This document shows positions 39,267 to 52,309 of a stretch of DNA of 64,000 nucleotides, piece after piece. How positions within the stretch are numbered: the stretch's first letter is position 1; the number at the start of each line of letters is the position of its first letter. The stretch is taken from the NCBI GenBank assembly GCA_964016885.1, contig OZ024743.1:320354001-320418000 (forward strand), given 5' to 3'. The notes beneath the pieces were generated by a model, which saw nothing but the letters and a program-made list of their open reading frames with translations, was not told where the DNA came from and made no database searches. This DNA is from Eledone cirrhosa (taxonomy: Eukaryota). The translations under genes were made by a program, and so were the position numbers.

Positions 39267-39795
39267 CATAGGGGTGTATGGGAAAATATATATAGCATAT
39301 GTTCATATATAATATAAAAGTATTAATACCGTCTTTCGAATGTTTTTGAATATATCGTATATGTACCACTACAATGTTAGTGCCACTTTTAATCACTTCT
39401 AATATATATATATATGTGAGCGTGTATATGTATATGTGGGAAATGGGTGGTGTGAGAATGGTAAAGTAGTAGTGACTGGTGAACAACTTTGGGTGCTCAC
39501 AGGTGACACATGAATGAATACGGCCTTTTGATCAACCAATGGATAAACGAAAGTGGACAGAAAGATGGTGATGATGGGATTACTGAACCAATGAAAAGGC
39601 CATAATAACAGGATGCTCATATTTACTACAGATAAAGAACAGCTGAGATGTTTGAAGACAAGAAGACCCTTCAAATGCAGAGTTGAGTTCGATCTGTAAC
39701 AGATCTTGCCTCGAGCTGATCGACAGAGAAACATATGTAATATGTTAATAAATTGTGATTTGATGCAATACTGATTCCTCGTACTTTATAATATA

Positions 39796-40743
39796 CTAGC
39801 AGTAAAGCCCGGCGTTGCTCGGGGTCGCTCAGTAGCTGTGTTAAAGTTACAATGTTAAGTTTCTTTCTTGGCTTAAAAACTGTAGTGTCTACTGTGCAGA
39901 CTTGCATGTGGTGTTTTTGATTAATATTCCCTCAACCAACAATATTCCTTATGAAGTTAAGAAAACATAACGATAACCCGAATGTTATAACAAAAGAGGA
40001 TGCTGGGGATAGAAACTGCACTGGTTATTTATTAACAAAGATCGAAAATGTAAACACTGCAACGCAGAGAAAAACATTAGCGTAACCAAATTATCAGTTA
40101 TGTCTGTCTGCACGCCTATATCACCTCTCTGCACGACTGTCTGTCTGCACGCCTATATCACCTCTCTGCACGACTGTCTGTCTGCACGCCTATATCACCT
40201 CTCTGCACGACTATCTGTCTGCACGCCTATATCACCTCTCTGCACGACTGTCTGTCTGCACGACTGTCTGTCTGCACGCCTAACGACGAAATATTTGCTT
40301 GTTTTACGTAGTCTTTAAATAGACTTGTTTTCAAGTAAAAATATTGTTTTAAAATGCTTTTAAATGGAAATGAAGCAAAACGGAAGCTTAGTGTTCGAAC
40401 TGATGAATTTTGCAGGTCAATATTTTGCTGGCTCGACAACTGTTCGTGTATTGTGTTAATGTCATTTTAAACGCTGAGAAAGCCAGCGTAATTTTTTACG
40501 TAAGACGCTCAATGTAAACAGAACAAAGGGAAATAACTGATAACTTACGCTCAAAAATCGATACATTATATTCGATTTCGTCACATAGGGTGGGTCAATT
40601 TGAAATATTTTTTTTCCGATGTCTTAGCTAGGGCTCAATGTACAGGTATAGCAATTTCGGTGCAATTCCGTCAGAGATTCTAAGAGGAGATGTGTGCCAA
40701 AAATCGATAGACAGACAGACAACCACAGTTTTATATATATAGA
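39796..40743 (-). mobile_element. Non-autonomous Helitron
   Basis: On the minus strand, a 5' TC(tatatatataaaac) start followed by (GTCT)n, and a 3' hairpin cccgagcaacgccggg followed by CTAG. Inserted between A and T. Internal 34-bp minisatellite at 40101-40280. Confidence 0.88.
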
Positions 40744-40762
40744 TATATTTATATATATATGT

Positions 40763-40793
<31 letters not shown>

Positions 40794-41120
40794 AATATGT
40801 GTGTGTGTGTGTGTGCGTGTCCGTATGTGGTTGACGGCTGAGATAAACAGGTGAAACTCACTATTTAGCCTTAATAAAATTATATATATATACTTTATAA
40901 TATATAAAATAGTGGAGTACTTCACTATTACCTTTGGTAAGGTGAGAGAAGCTCTATGCACAGTAAAATACTCGGTTCATCACGAATTTAAAACAAGCGA
41001 ATAAGTCATCGATGGTTAATGTTATTTTTGAAGACATTTCAGGTGACAAAAGACCAAGGTTAACAACTTAAATTCATTCCTTAACTTCTTCGTCTATTTC
41101 AATACGTCAAAAAACTCCAT

Positions 41121-41162
<42 letters not shown>

Positions 41163-41329
41163 TACACACTTTATTTCACGTTGCTCTAGTTTCCTCAGCT
41201 GTAGAAATGAGTACCAGCCTGCCCGCCCAGCCAGTGGGATGGCCTTATCTTATGGCTAAAACAGCACGACGTGCTGTGACCAGCCGCGCCGATTGGCTCC
41301 CGACAGACTGGTTGGTCAAGGTGATCAAG

Positions 41330-41410
<81 letters not shown>

Positions 41411-41424
41411 TTAATATAGAAATG

Positions 41425-41496
<72 letters not shown>

Positions 41497-41596
41497 ATAT
41501 ACAAATGTATATATATATATATATATATTAGAAAGTGAGGTTTTTTTGTTTTTTTACAGAATGAAAAATAACCGAGGTGTCCTACACGAGTGAAAG

Positions 41597-41820
41597 TATA
41601 AAGAAAAAAAGATGAAATCGAAAATGCAACTGGAGTCTTATTTTTAAAAAATATAGATATTTATTTGGTTCCTTTACCGGTTTCGCAGTTCTTCTGCTTT
41701 TCAAAAGTAGAGTTGAGATGGAGGGTCTGTGGTTTTTCTCACATCTGTGAGAAACCCAATAAATATCTATATATGTTTTTAAATAAGACTCCAGTTGCAT
41801 TTTTGATTTCATCTTTTTTT

Positions 41821-41826
<6 letters not shown>
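41597..41826 (-). mobile_element. Short PLE-like unit: inverted arms of about 75 bp around a hammerhead fold
   Basis: 41597-41670 is the reverse complement of 41752-41826. Sits in (TA)n. Confidence 0.65.
41671..41710 (-). ncRNA. Hammerhead fold, U3-A8 core variant
   Basis: Minus strand reads ctt TTGAAAA gcag-aagaa-ctgc GAAA ccgg TA aag. Confidence 0.55.
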
Positions 41827-41872
<46 letters not shown>

Positions 41873-42205
41873 CAATTGCTTGCTTTAGGCTCAGTGTTTG
41901 ATATGAAGGCTAATCTTGTTACTACTTGAACTTGGCAAAATTTCTGCTTTCTCCCATTTTCCAGACGAAATGAAGTTATAGGCATTATGTATAGTGTTAA
42001 CAATTAATAATTATTTCTCGTTGTTTTACTTATGCATGTAACATTGTAACCGTGTTGAAACCGACGTAGAGATTAAGGAATGAATCTCACTTGCTAATCT
42101 TCATCTTCAGTCATATTGTGTGTATACATATATACATATAACAACCTTCAAACCATTAATCAAATATGAAGTTTAGTAAAACAAAATTAATATCCCTCTA
42201 CATAC

Positions 42206-42377
42206 CTTTGCATACACCTTTCAAAGGTGCAAATCCAGGTGGGCATTTACACACACGTTTACCGTATTCAACCAAACAATCAAATCCTATGGGGCATGGT
42301 GTCGTCTCCACATATTTTCCATCTTCTTTACAGGTGCCGGCTTTCGAGCAGTCATTTAATAGTATAGTCTCTTTTGC
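42206..42377 (-). CDS. Host gene exon: TILa/EGF-like Cys-rich module
   Basis: aatcag acceptor and gtatgt donor. Translates AKETILLNDCSKAGTCKEDG..PCPIGFDCLVEYGKRVCKCPPGFAPLKGVCK. Phase 0-1. Confidence 0.85.
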
Positions 42378-42705
42378 CTGATTGAAAATAGAACATGTGA
42401 AATTTTCTGAGTGGTGTCAAGCTTTTCCTCAACATATACTAATCATAATAATGTCAAAATTGTTAGATTTCATGTTATTCATGTTAGAGTAACTTATGGT
42501 GAAAAAAATCTCGTCACATCCCGAATTCCTTTCTTAAGCGAGACGAATGTTATTCGTGAGTGTCTTTTTTTTATTTATGCAGGTCAAATAAATGTTTGCT
42601 CTTTCCAATAGATAAAAGTGATCAGATAATTCAATTGGTACACTAATTGTAGAAAGCGACGGGTGTCCAATGTACACAAACACACACATGTATATATATA
42701 TAATT

Positions 42706-42975
42706 AGGCACGTGGCCTAGTGGTAAGTGTGTTGGACTTACGATCATATTATCGTGGGTTCGATTTCTGGGTTGCGTGTTGTGTTCTTGCGCAAACCACT
42801 ACATTTCACGTTGCTCCAGTATACTCAGCTGAAAATGAGTACTAACAATAGCTGAGGATTTAGCCCTGCGATGGACTGGCGTCCTTTCCAGGGGGAGTCT
42901 TGTATTGTCAATTGCTTCACGCCAGGAAACCGCGATAAGCACCGGCCAAATGAGCTTAAGGCACCCTTTAGACTT
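42706..42975 (+). mobile_element. tRNA-derived SINE (family C); fragments also near 34860-34995 and 41160-41330
   Basis: A box tggcctagtgg and B box ggttcgattt. Shared core atttcacgttgctc..ctcagctg..atgagtac. Confidence 0.75.
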
Positions 42976-43410
42976 TTTTGTTTAGATATTTATATGTATA
43001 TGCATATATACATACATACATACATACACAAGTTTGCCCATCAGTCTCATTGACAGCATTTGGTTGTTTTAACGGCTGTACTAGCAATGAGTTTTCTAAT
43101 TTTATATGAATTCAAATATACTCACACTTTGACTCGATCAGAGAGAATGATGTTTATTCATTTAACATTATCATAGCTATGACTATCTTTCTATTTAGGA
43201 CAGACACCACGGTTTGAGCTCCACTATCCTCTTCTTTTCTTTTCTGTCTTCTTTCGTCCTAATATCTCCAGTGTTTGTTTTATAACAAACATCATACCAG
43301 CAGAAAGATTTATTTTTCTGTGACACAATCCAATATTTTATAATGGTACTCTCAATTAAATCGCGCAAAACCATGTTGCTGATTGGAGAGCTGATGAGGG
43401 TAAAGATGTG

Positions 43411-43510
<100 letters not shown>

Positions 43511-43769
43511 TGTGTGTTTATGAACTTGTCTGGTACATCGGCTTTCCTTATTTCCTTTTCCCAGTCATTTCTATACGCCAAGACACAGCTCCTTGTCGTC
43601 CTCCCCTTTCAATTTTTCTATATTTCATCTACCTGTCACACCACACCTTGTGGATTGTCACCCTGTTGACGACTGGCCATTGGTATTTATCCTCTGAAGC
43701 ATTTTTGACCATCACTGTCATTGACAGCACTTGGCTGTTCTAACGGGTGTTCTAGCGATGAGTTTACTC

Positions 43770-43840
<71 letters not shown>

Positions 43841-44299
43841 AAAGGAAAAGAATGAAACGAAATTTCATTTCTCACTCTTAGTACGGCTGATACTTAAATA
43901 TAAGTACGTATACGTACATATATGTATACAGACGTACAGTAGTATGTATATATATACATACATGCACATATATATATATATGTACGTATGGGTTTACCGA
44001 ACATTTATTATAATGTTCGGTCTGTTTGTAAACAAACAGCCCGAATTACGCCGTACAGTGTTCGGCAACCATCGTTGCCCTTTTGTTCAACACTGACAAA
44101 GGAACGATGAACTAGTTTCAAACTTATTAGCTATCGTCAGCATCGTATACCTCCCTGTCAGATGATTGAGAGTTTGAAAATATATACTTTCCTTATGCAT
44201 ATTAACGGCTGAGCAGCCTAATTTGCATATCGAGTGAGTTAGTCGGCCGGGCGCACCGAAAACGATAAATGGAAAAGAATGAAACGAAATAGACTTAAG

Positions 44300-44830
44300 A
44301 ATCGAAGGTGCCGCATGCACATGGCCTCCTCTAACACCTACTTCATGAAATTACCACATTTCAGCGAACGCCTAACCACAGATATCCTCAGAGCTCTCTG
44401 CAAAGCTATCCTCAAAAAAGGACTGGACATACAGTTAGTACACTCCGGCCCTTCACTGCGCGGATACATGTCTAAATAGCAATCCAGAGACAACAACAAT
44501 CAATGCTCGCTGACTAACTGCCCTATTCGCGATACAGGTATGTGCCAGCGGACACATGATATACCGGATTAAATGCAATAAATGTAAGGAGTTCTACATT
44601 GGTAGCACGATTCGAGCACTCCACACTCGCATTAAAGAACACCTCAACACACGCGTATCATCATTCAAAAAAATACATTGACAAATGTAGAAACATCATC
44701 CAACATATTACCGTTACCATTAAAGCCAGTGATAGTGGGCAACTAAAGAATTAAGGAAGCTTTGCTCATACGAAGACTCAACCCGCAAATAAATAATAGA
44801 TTAGAACTCAGCACACAGTACTTGACATAA
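44300..44830 (+). mobile_element. Penelope-like relic (GIY-YIG)
   Basis: YFMKLPHFSE; CNKCKEFYIGSTIRALHTRIKEH; RIKEALLIRRLNPQINNR. Confidence 0.85.
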
Positions 44831-45042
44831 AAAGGCACACCCACAGGCACACAAACTAAACATCTCATACAAAAAGGAAAATTGATTTCGCGAAATACTG
44901 TATTGGCAATTGACGTCATTCACGTGGAAAGGGAAGTAACCACCCAAAAACGCTTGAAAACGACTTAGAAAAACTTTAAATCAAAATCAATATTTATCTC
45001 AAAGAGAGGAAATTGGAACGTTATTCACTAAAGGTTCCTTAA

Positions 45043-45081
45043 GCCCTGATGAAGGGACTTTTAGGTCCCGAAATATTGGAC
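45043..45081 (+). ncRNA. Minimal hammerhead fold downstream of the PLE relic
   Basis: gcc CTGATGA a gggac-ttttag-gtccc GAAA ta TT gga. Stem I is eroded. Confidence 0.55.
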
Positions 45082-45197
45082 ATATAAAAGAACAACAACA
45101 ATAATAACAACAACAACAACAACAACAACAACAAAAACAAAGATTACCAGATTACCAGATTACTTGCATTGTTTAGCATTTTATCTCTTTCAAAGTC

Positions 45198-45230
<33 letters not shown>

Positions 45231-45298
45231 CATTATATGAATATATATATCCATATATATATATTTATACATCATATAAATATATATATCCATATACA

Positions 45299-45352
<54 letters not shown>

Positions 45353-45623
45353 AACAAATAATGAATAAAACAATGAAACAGTTCCTTATATTAAACAAAA
45401 AAAGTTCATTATTTAACGATCGTTTCTAGGATATATATGTGTTAGAATTGGCATGCATATTCAACATTATTTGTTTAATATTTTATCTTGACTCTGTATT
45501 CCGTTTATCTTTCACCGAAAGTGATTTTTCATTGCATCTCTTCTTTCCATGATATCCGGAATACATTGAGTTCTTCATACGGATTGGACACTACCGTAAA
45601 CTCTTGGTAGATTTATCTACATA

Positions 45624-45668
<45 letters not shown>

Positions 45669-45845
45669 ATATCTTAGAGAGGCGAAGAAAGAGAGAGAGA
45701 GAGATGAGTAGTTAGGTACATAGGTACATACATACATACATACATGCATGCCTGCATACTTACAAACATACATACCTACTTACATCTATGCATATACATA
45801 CGTAAACATATATTCATAGATACATACATAGATAAATACATACAT

Positions 45846-46320
45846 CATGGCTGCAAACTCTGCTAACTGTACTGTAATCACTTGTCAGATTATCGTGTTT
45901 GATGCACTTTTAGACAGCGGCCAGCCACACGAGCCTGTAACATATCCTGAACAAGCAATGCCTGTGCTTTGAAGGATTTTTAAGTGGGGAAAGGCCATGC
46001 ACTCGAACAATCCCACTCTCTGAGCATCGAAAACACTACCCAAAAAGGAGAACTGGTCAACATTATCGGATGCTTCCGAAGCTGCGACGTTTTTTCAGAG
46101 TTTCCCCTCTCCTAGAAAGGTGTTGTGACAGCAACTGGGGGCCTTTCACTCCCAGGTGAAAAAAAAAAAGTACTATTTGGATGGCTGTTGACTCTGCTGA
46201 CTTCCTCCGCCTTTTGCCGGGTCTTGTATTTCACCCTGCAGGGTGTCCAAATATCACCCTCCTCACCAAGCAAGCTTGGTGGGGTTGCCGGTTTAGTCGC
46301 CGACGATCCGACCATAGATA
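45846..46320 (-). mobile_element. Family B element, diverged copy, flanked by (ATAC)n
   Basis: Shares aagcaatgcctgtgc, cagagtttt..ctcctagaa and caccctcctcaccaag with 33290-33900. Confidence 0.7.
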
Positions 46321-46511
46321 CGTACATGCATGCATACATACATACATACATACATACATACATACATACATACATACATACATACATACATACATACATG
46401 TATACCTACGTGCAATACATACATACAAACATACATACAATATGCATGCGAATGAAGAATACTTACAAAGATGTTGAAACTTAACTTTTTCACAAAACAT
46501 ATGAGACTCAC

Positions 46512-46711
46512 CTTTATGTATGTTCCATCGTATATACAGCCACATTGTGACGGAAGTACACATTCTGTACCACTAAGCACATATCCCGGCATGCAGATGC
46601 ACCCATCAGTAGAATAGTCAGATAATGCAGGTGTTTTGTTGGCACAAGTTGGTTGGTTGGCTTGAATTTTGAATTTGTATATCATATTTTTGCTTTTTGA
46701 GCAATCCAAAG
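46512..46711 (-). CDS. Host gene exon: TIL domain
   Basis: aattcag acceptor and gtgagt donor. Translates LDC..QPTCA..DGCICMPGYVLSGTECVLPSQCGCIYDGTYIK. Phase 1-0. Confidence 0.9.
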
Positions 46712-47135
46712 CTGAATTTAAAAAAAAACATGTTGATAAAAGCGGATAATATGCAAGTGCAAATAAAGCGAAGGATATGAAAGTGAAAATAAAGGAGAAG
46801 GCAGTAAAATACATTAAAGAAACACTATTGGTATCAATGATAGGGATGATCGTCTTTTCTGGAATTTAATTTGACGCCTGTAATATCAATCGTTGAAGAA
46901 GAAATCTGAAAATATTGGATTGCTTGGGGGAAAGTTGTAGATAAATCATGTTGAAATTTTAGTGTTAAGAGGAATGAGAACAATTCAAAATATTCGAATT
47001 CCCGCGGCAGGGGTAGATAAACAATGCTGACATGTTAGTTCATAAATGGATGGGAAAACAATCAGAAAGCAAGAAACAGATAGAGGAAAGATGAAACAAG
47101 GGAAAAAATAGAAGCGTTTCAAAATATCTACTTAC

Positions 47136-47410
47136 AGCATCCTAAAACCTTTCTCCAGTTAATTATGACATCAACTTCTTCACATTTCCGAATGAAAGCT
47201 TCAAAAGATCGGCATTTAACACCTTTGAGTGTTTTAGATACATCTTTGTATGCACAAACATCAATCTTGCAAGATTCATAAAAATGTTTTGCTACTTCGT
47301 CGCCTAATTTTTTCACACATTTTCCGAAAAGATCATTCGTGTTTATCATATAGTTACAAATCTTGGTTACACTAGCAGAACATGTAGGATAAGTATCATT
47401 GACCATGCAT
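47136..47410 (-). CDS. Host gene exon: C8 domain
   Basis: Translates CMVNDTYPTC..ICNYM..FGKC..FYESCKIDVC..CRSFEAFIRKC..INWRKVLGC. gtaagt donor. Phase 2-1. Confidence 0.9.
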
Positions 47411-47710
47411 CTAGAGTCAAAATAAAAGAAAACATTTATTAATATACAATGATGTTTCAAAGAGGTAATTCATGACAACCAATCCTAACATTATAATGAT
47501 TACAGTCATAACAAATATATTATAAACTTAAAAGATATCCGAATGTCGTTAATGTTGTCTTGTCTATATTCTTTCCATTAAAGACAGAACTAAATCTAAA
47601 TAGAGTAACACGATATTAAAATTGACTTTAATGATTTGGTACAAAAGAAGCTTTCTTTATGTGAAACGAGAAAACGTTAACATGCAAAGAAACAAGGTCT
47701 TGAATATAAA

Positions 47711-48651
47711 TCTGTATATATATGAAATTAAGTATGTGTGTGTGTGTCTGTGTGTCTGTGTATTACCTATAGGGGCCTACATCTTACGACCGATTTTCAT
47801 GAAACTTTACAGGCTCATAGATTAGTCATCGGGGGAATGTTTTCCATATATCAGCGTATCGTTTTTTTTTTTATTCCCAGATCATTCTGCAGATAAAAAT
47901 CGATAGGTGGGGAATCACATTTTTTTAGGTATCGAAAAATAAGATTTTTGGCTCTAGCTTCCACATTTTGCCACTGATTTCGTTCAAAGTTTAAAGAAAA
48001 ACAGAATTTATCATTGCACATCCTGTAATGGCTTTATATTTTGCATTTGTTGTTCGGCAACGGCGTGGCAGCCGCTTAAATATTAAAAAATACCACTTTT
48101 AGACTCAAATTTCTTTTTTGGCTCTAGCTCCCACATTAACCAACGTACTTTGTTCAAATTTTACACTACGCTAGATCTGATTATTTCACGTCTTAGAGTG
48201 GCTTTACATTTTGGAATTTTTGTTCAGGAACGGCGTGGCAGCCGCTTAAATATTCGAAAATACTACCTTTTCGCTCAAATTTCCGCCTTTTGGGCTCTAG
48301 CTCCCACATTTTCCCACCAATTTAGTTCAAATTCGAAACTTCGGCTCCACCTCACATATAAATCAATTTATTTGGTTCAAATTGTATACTACAATAGAAC
48401 CTATCATTGCTCATCTTATAGTAGCTTTACACTTTGCAGTTTTTGTTCAGGAACGGCGTGGCAACCGTTTAATTCTTCAAAATACGATTTTTTACACCGC
48501 CCACATATTCCATACGATGTCACTCAACATTTCGCCTTTTGCTACACCTTACGACCGATTTTCAAGAAACTCGCAGTCGTTAAGATCAACACCTTTTCAT
48601 CAAAGCAGATATTATGTTACCTACCCAGACAATGCTTGGTACTGCTGCTAG
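47711..48651 (+). mobile_element. Non-autonomous Helitron with internal tandem repeats of about 180-220 bp
   Basis: A|TC start followed by (TG)n/(GTCT)n. Recurrent ggctctagctcccacatt / aacggcgtggcagccg units. Degenerate 3' hairpin followed by CTAG|T. Confidence 0.8.
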
Positions 48652-48829
48652 TATATCAATAAAGCAGAACACCACACGTTTTTATTTTGGAAAAGTTAAA
48701 ATGGATTTATATATTGTAATAGCAGACAAACCTCGCAACGATAAAATCGATAAAATCGAACTAGTATTTAATGTTTCTTTTGTTACGATTCTCGTGTCTG
48801 ATTGTATACCTCAAAACAGTTTTCAAAGA

Positions 48830-48909
<80 letters not shown>

Positions 48910-49014
48910 TAATTATGGTCTTTATTTTAGAGATGAGCGTCAAATTGTAAGAAACATGATGAGGAGATTAAAAAATGTCGATTCCTATGTAAAATATAAT
49001 AAAATGGTACTAAC

Positions 49015-49322
49015 GATTTCATTGGTTTATTACTATCATCGGGAACTTCATAGCTTTGACCAATGAGAGCGTATTTATTTCTTCTTCCTGATACATTATT
49101 TCCTGTCTTTGTACGCCAGTCATCTTTTTTACCATTGCAGTCTCCACAAATTCCTGTTAATTTCCCCCTGTAAAGACTTGGTACTTTGACAATGGCACGC
49201 TGGTTACCATCAAATTTCACTTGAAGACCGAACACTGTGGTAGCCGTAACCCAGCCAGCAGAATAACGTACCGTGAATCCCATGTAGTTCTCCAATGGCA
49301 TTTCTAATAATTCATTGTTAAC
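49015..49322 (-). CDS. Host gene exon: VWD domain, second half
   Basis: Translates VNNE..FGLQVKFDG..VKVPSLYRGKLTGICGDCNGKKDDW. Phase 0-2. Confidence 0.9.
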
Positions 49323-50102
49323 CTTAAGAATTAATAAAATAGATAACAATATTAATGCTAGTTTCAAATGTCTATGCACAAACACGTTTCAGTTTAACTG
49401 CACACATACCTACATATGCACATCAGATTTACAACATGCATAATAATTAGAAATATAGCACATATATAGAAGCCAATACCCTACGTTAAAACGAAGAACA
49501 CACAATATAATGAATATAGAGTATATTCTATCCAAACCATTCTGTTATTATTTTCAAAGGCACACAAACTGGTTAAGTCCTTAGATACGAGATGCATTTG
49601 TGTCACAATAATGTAGCCCTTTCATGTGTTTGTGGATAGAGTGATCAATGAGGTTTGGTTCCTTTACAATTTCTATAATCATAATCATATGGCTAGGACG
49701 ATATAAGTTTTGAACGAATCAGGCTGCTAACTCCTTTGATAAAAGACTTTTTGATGAGTAAATATAAATGTTTAGAAAATGTTCAATTCAAGAATTAAAT
49801 ACAATCAAGTTGAGTTTGGAAATAGAGACTTATTCCGATTAAGATTTTCTTAAAAAGAGATATGTAAGTAATGAAATTAGAAAACGTTAAGGTGTAAAAT
49901 AGGAAGGAACAGAAACACATATTTGGAATTCAGCATTTATGTCTAATTCGTCACGTCACGCATGTATATGTCATCTCGAAGAGGGTTGTAGTTAATTACG
50001 CAATACAAACTTGTCGATGTGTTTACATTTACCTGCTTTCTTGCTTGCAAATGTTCTTTCTCTGTTTGACAAATGACTATTGACTACGTAGCTTTCACTT
50101 AC

Positions 50103-50353
50103 CGAAATCTTGTGTTTTGGTAATAAGCGGAGAGTTACACCATTTAATTTGATATCCAAAAAGCGAGTGTAGGAAACTTTCTTCGTTTTGCCACGATATT
50201 CGTTTTTCACTTCTACATGGAATGTAGGCAAACCAAATCCAGCTTTGGTTGATGTAAGTGTATATTTACATGCTCCCATGAAATGAATCGTTTGGCCATC
50301 AAATGTTCTATAATGTGGATCACCTGATGCTCGACATATACAGTCAGAAATAA
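50103..50353 (-). CDS. Host gene exon: VWD domain, first half
   Basis: Translates CICRASGDPHYRTFDG..HFMGACKYTL..FHVEVKNEYRG..VSYTR. gtaagt donor. Phase 1-0. Confidence 0.92.
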
Positions 50354-50919
50354 CTACAAAAAAAAACAATTATTTTGTATTAATGAAATATATTCATAGC
50401 AGAATATACATATTGTTATACTGTGGGAGAGTCATGATGCTGCCAATAAAAACGCACGCTGCATGAACCTCCCAAATTACAACAAAATCTGTTTCAACAC
50501 ACGTTCTCAGATAATGAATGTTGCAGTACAAATCAAAAACTAAACAATATATATACACACACATTCATGTATATATATATAATTACAACAGTGCCATATA
50601 CAGGTACTTAAGTTTTGCTGGGTTATACACCCTAAATCATTCACCCTGTTATATAAAGTAAGATGACTACTACCATGGTTTATGTATATGGGAGGTCTTC
50701 AAGGGCATGACATTTCGAAATTAGCTTTAAATAAACAAAATTATTACATAGGTTAAAAGGATGTAGCTATCATATAAATATTACCAAATGTAGGGAATTT
50801 ATTCTAAGTTAGTAATTGAAAGAAATGAAATTAATTGAAAGTCAAATTATTTAGTAATTCAAAGAAAATATATTCCTTGAAATACAAATTAGTTAGTCTC
50901 GTCTATACCATTTTCTCAG

Positions 50920-51370
50920 AACGAATTTATTTTCGAGTAGACAGCAACTGAAGCAATCAAGGCGTATATTTAAGCAGTGTTTCTCCGAAGCCAATTATGG
51001 GGGTATATTCCACTTTTCCGAGTTACAAAGCCAGCAAAATTTCGTCCAATTATTAAAGGGGGTAGACTTTACTAATATACTCCATTTAATGGGAAAAGAT
51101 GTACTGTTATTTTTAAGGGTCCATGCATGGTTTGCGAGCTGACTGGCATGTTGTTGTCAGGATGTCCGAAGGTTGTTTCCTGGTCCAGTTATCAGCTTTT
51201 GAATAGACATAAGACCAGGCTTCAGTTTGGTGGTTCTGGTTAGTGGAGGTCCAATCTGTTTGATATATCACCACTGTTGGTCTAGTGGGCAGGTCTCTGG
51301 TTTTCTGAATCAAATAATTTGTTTATTTATAGCTAATTTTAAAATTACCTCGCCTTGAAGATGATCTACC
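50920..51370 (-). mobile_element. Penelope-like relic (GIY-YIG C-terminus)
   Basis: QLANHAWTLKNNSTSFPIKWSIL..CWLCNSEKWNI. Confidence 0.65.
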
Positions 51371-51470
51371 CTAAGAAATTTACAACTTTATGCCAGATTC
51401 TGAAGAATCTATTGCTTGCTCTTACACATGGACGTAGAATAAACACGCATTAAATGATTTACTTTTACAT

Positions 51471-51560
<90 letters not shown>

Positions 51561-51610
51561 AGAGAGAGAGAGTGAGAGAGAGAGAGAAAGAGAGAGATGC
51601 AGCTACTTAC

Positions 51611-51628
51611 TTGGTTGTGGGGGTGGTG
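51611..51628 (-). CDS. Host gene 18-nt microexon (APPPQP)
   Basis: T-rich tract with taag acceptor and gtaagt donor. Phase 1-1, linking EGF to VWD. Confidence 0.7.
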
Positions 51629-52309
51629 CTTAATAAGGAAAATAAAAAAAATAAAAAAATTAGTACTATGTCAAAATCAATTTCTATTACAGACAATAAA
51701 TTTAGTTTCTAAAGCTTTACATGTAATTATATTGCAAATGACATCATTAGTCGAATTTGATTTATCAGGATAAAATTATAAATGCACATCTTATATATAT
51801 TTATGTTTTAGTCTCTTTATGATATTTGAAACTTAAAATTTTGTTAACAAAAGTTTATATATACATATTTCAATGAAAATCATGCATACGTTATGCATTT
51901 ATACTTGGCCGTGTTTGTAGGTCTCAAGGTTCGTGGATTTATCTGCTTCCGTTTCAAAATAAAAATAATATATATATATGTGTGTGTGTGCGCGCGCGAG
52001 CGCGTGTGTGCATGTATATATATATAGAACGTCATATCTATGGCTATTAATATCACTGTGGAATTAGTTATCATAGTTTCCTCTCCAGTAACATAGGTGT
52101 AGAAACAAATGACCACTTTTGTTGATATTTAAAGAAGAGGAATCCCATATTCATCATCACATGTCAGTGAATAGAATCGCAATACTGCTTGTTAAACATT
52201 AAACCGAACTTTAACAGAGAGAACTTACTTATGTGATAATACAAGACTGAAGGGTAGATAACAATACCTGGACATTTATTTACTTATTTATCTATTTACT
52301 TCTTTTACT

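Noticed and set aside
43990-44065. accgaacat/atgttcggt small palindromes
   Set aside because: They are too short, and no element boundaries or TSD could be defined.
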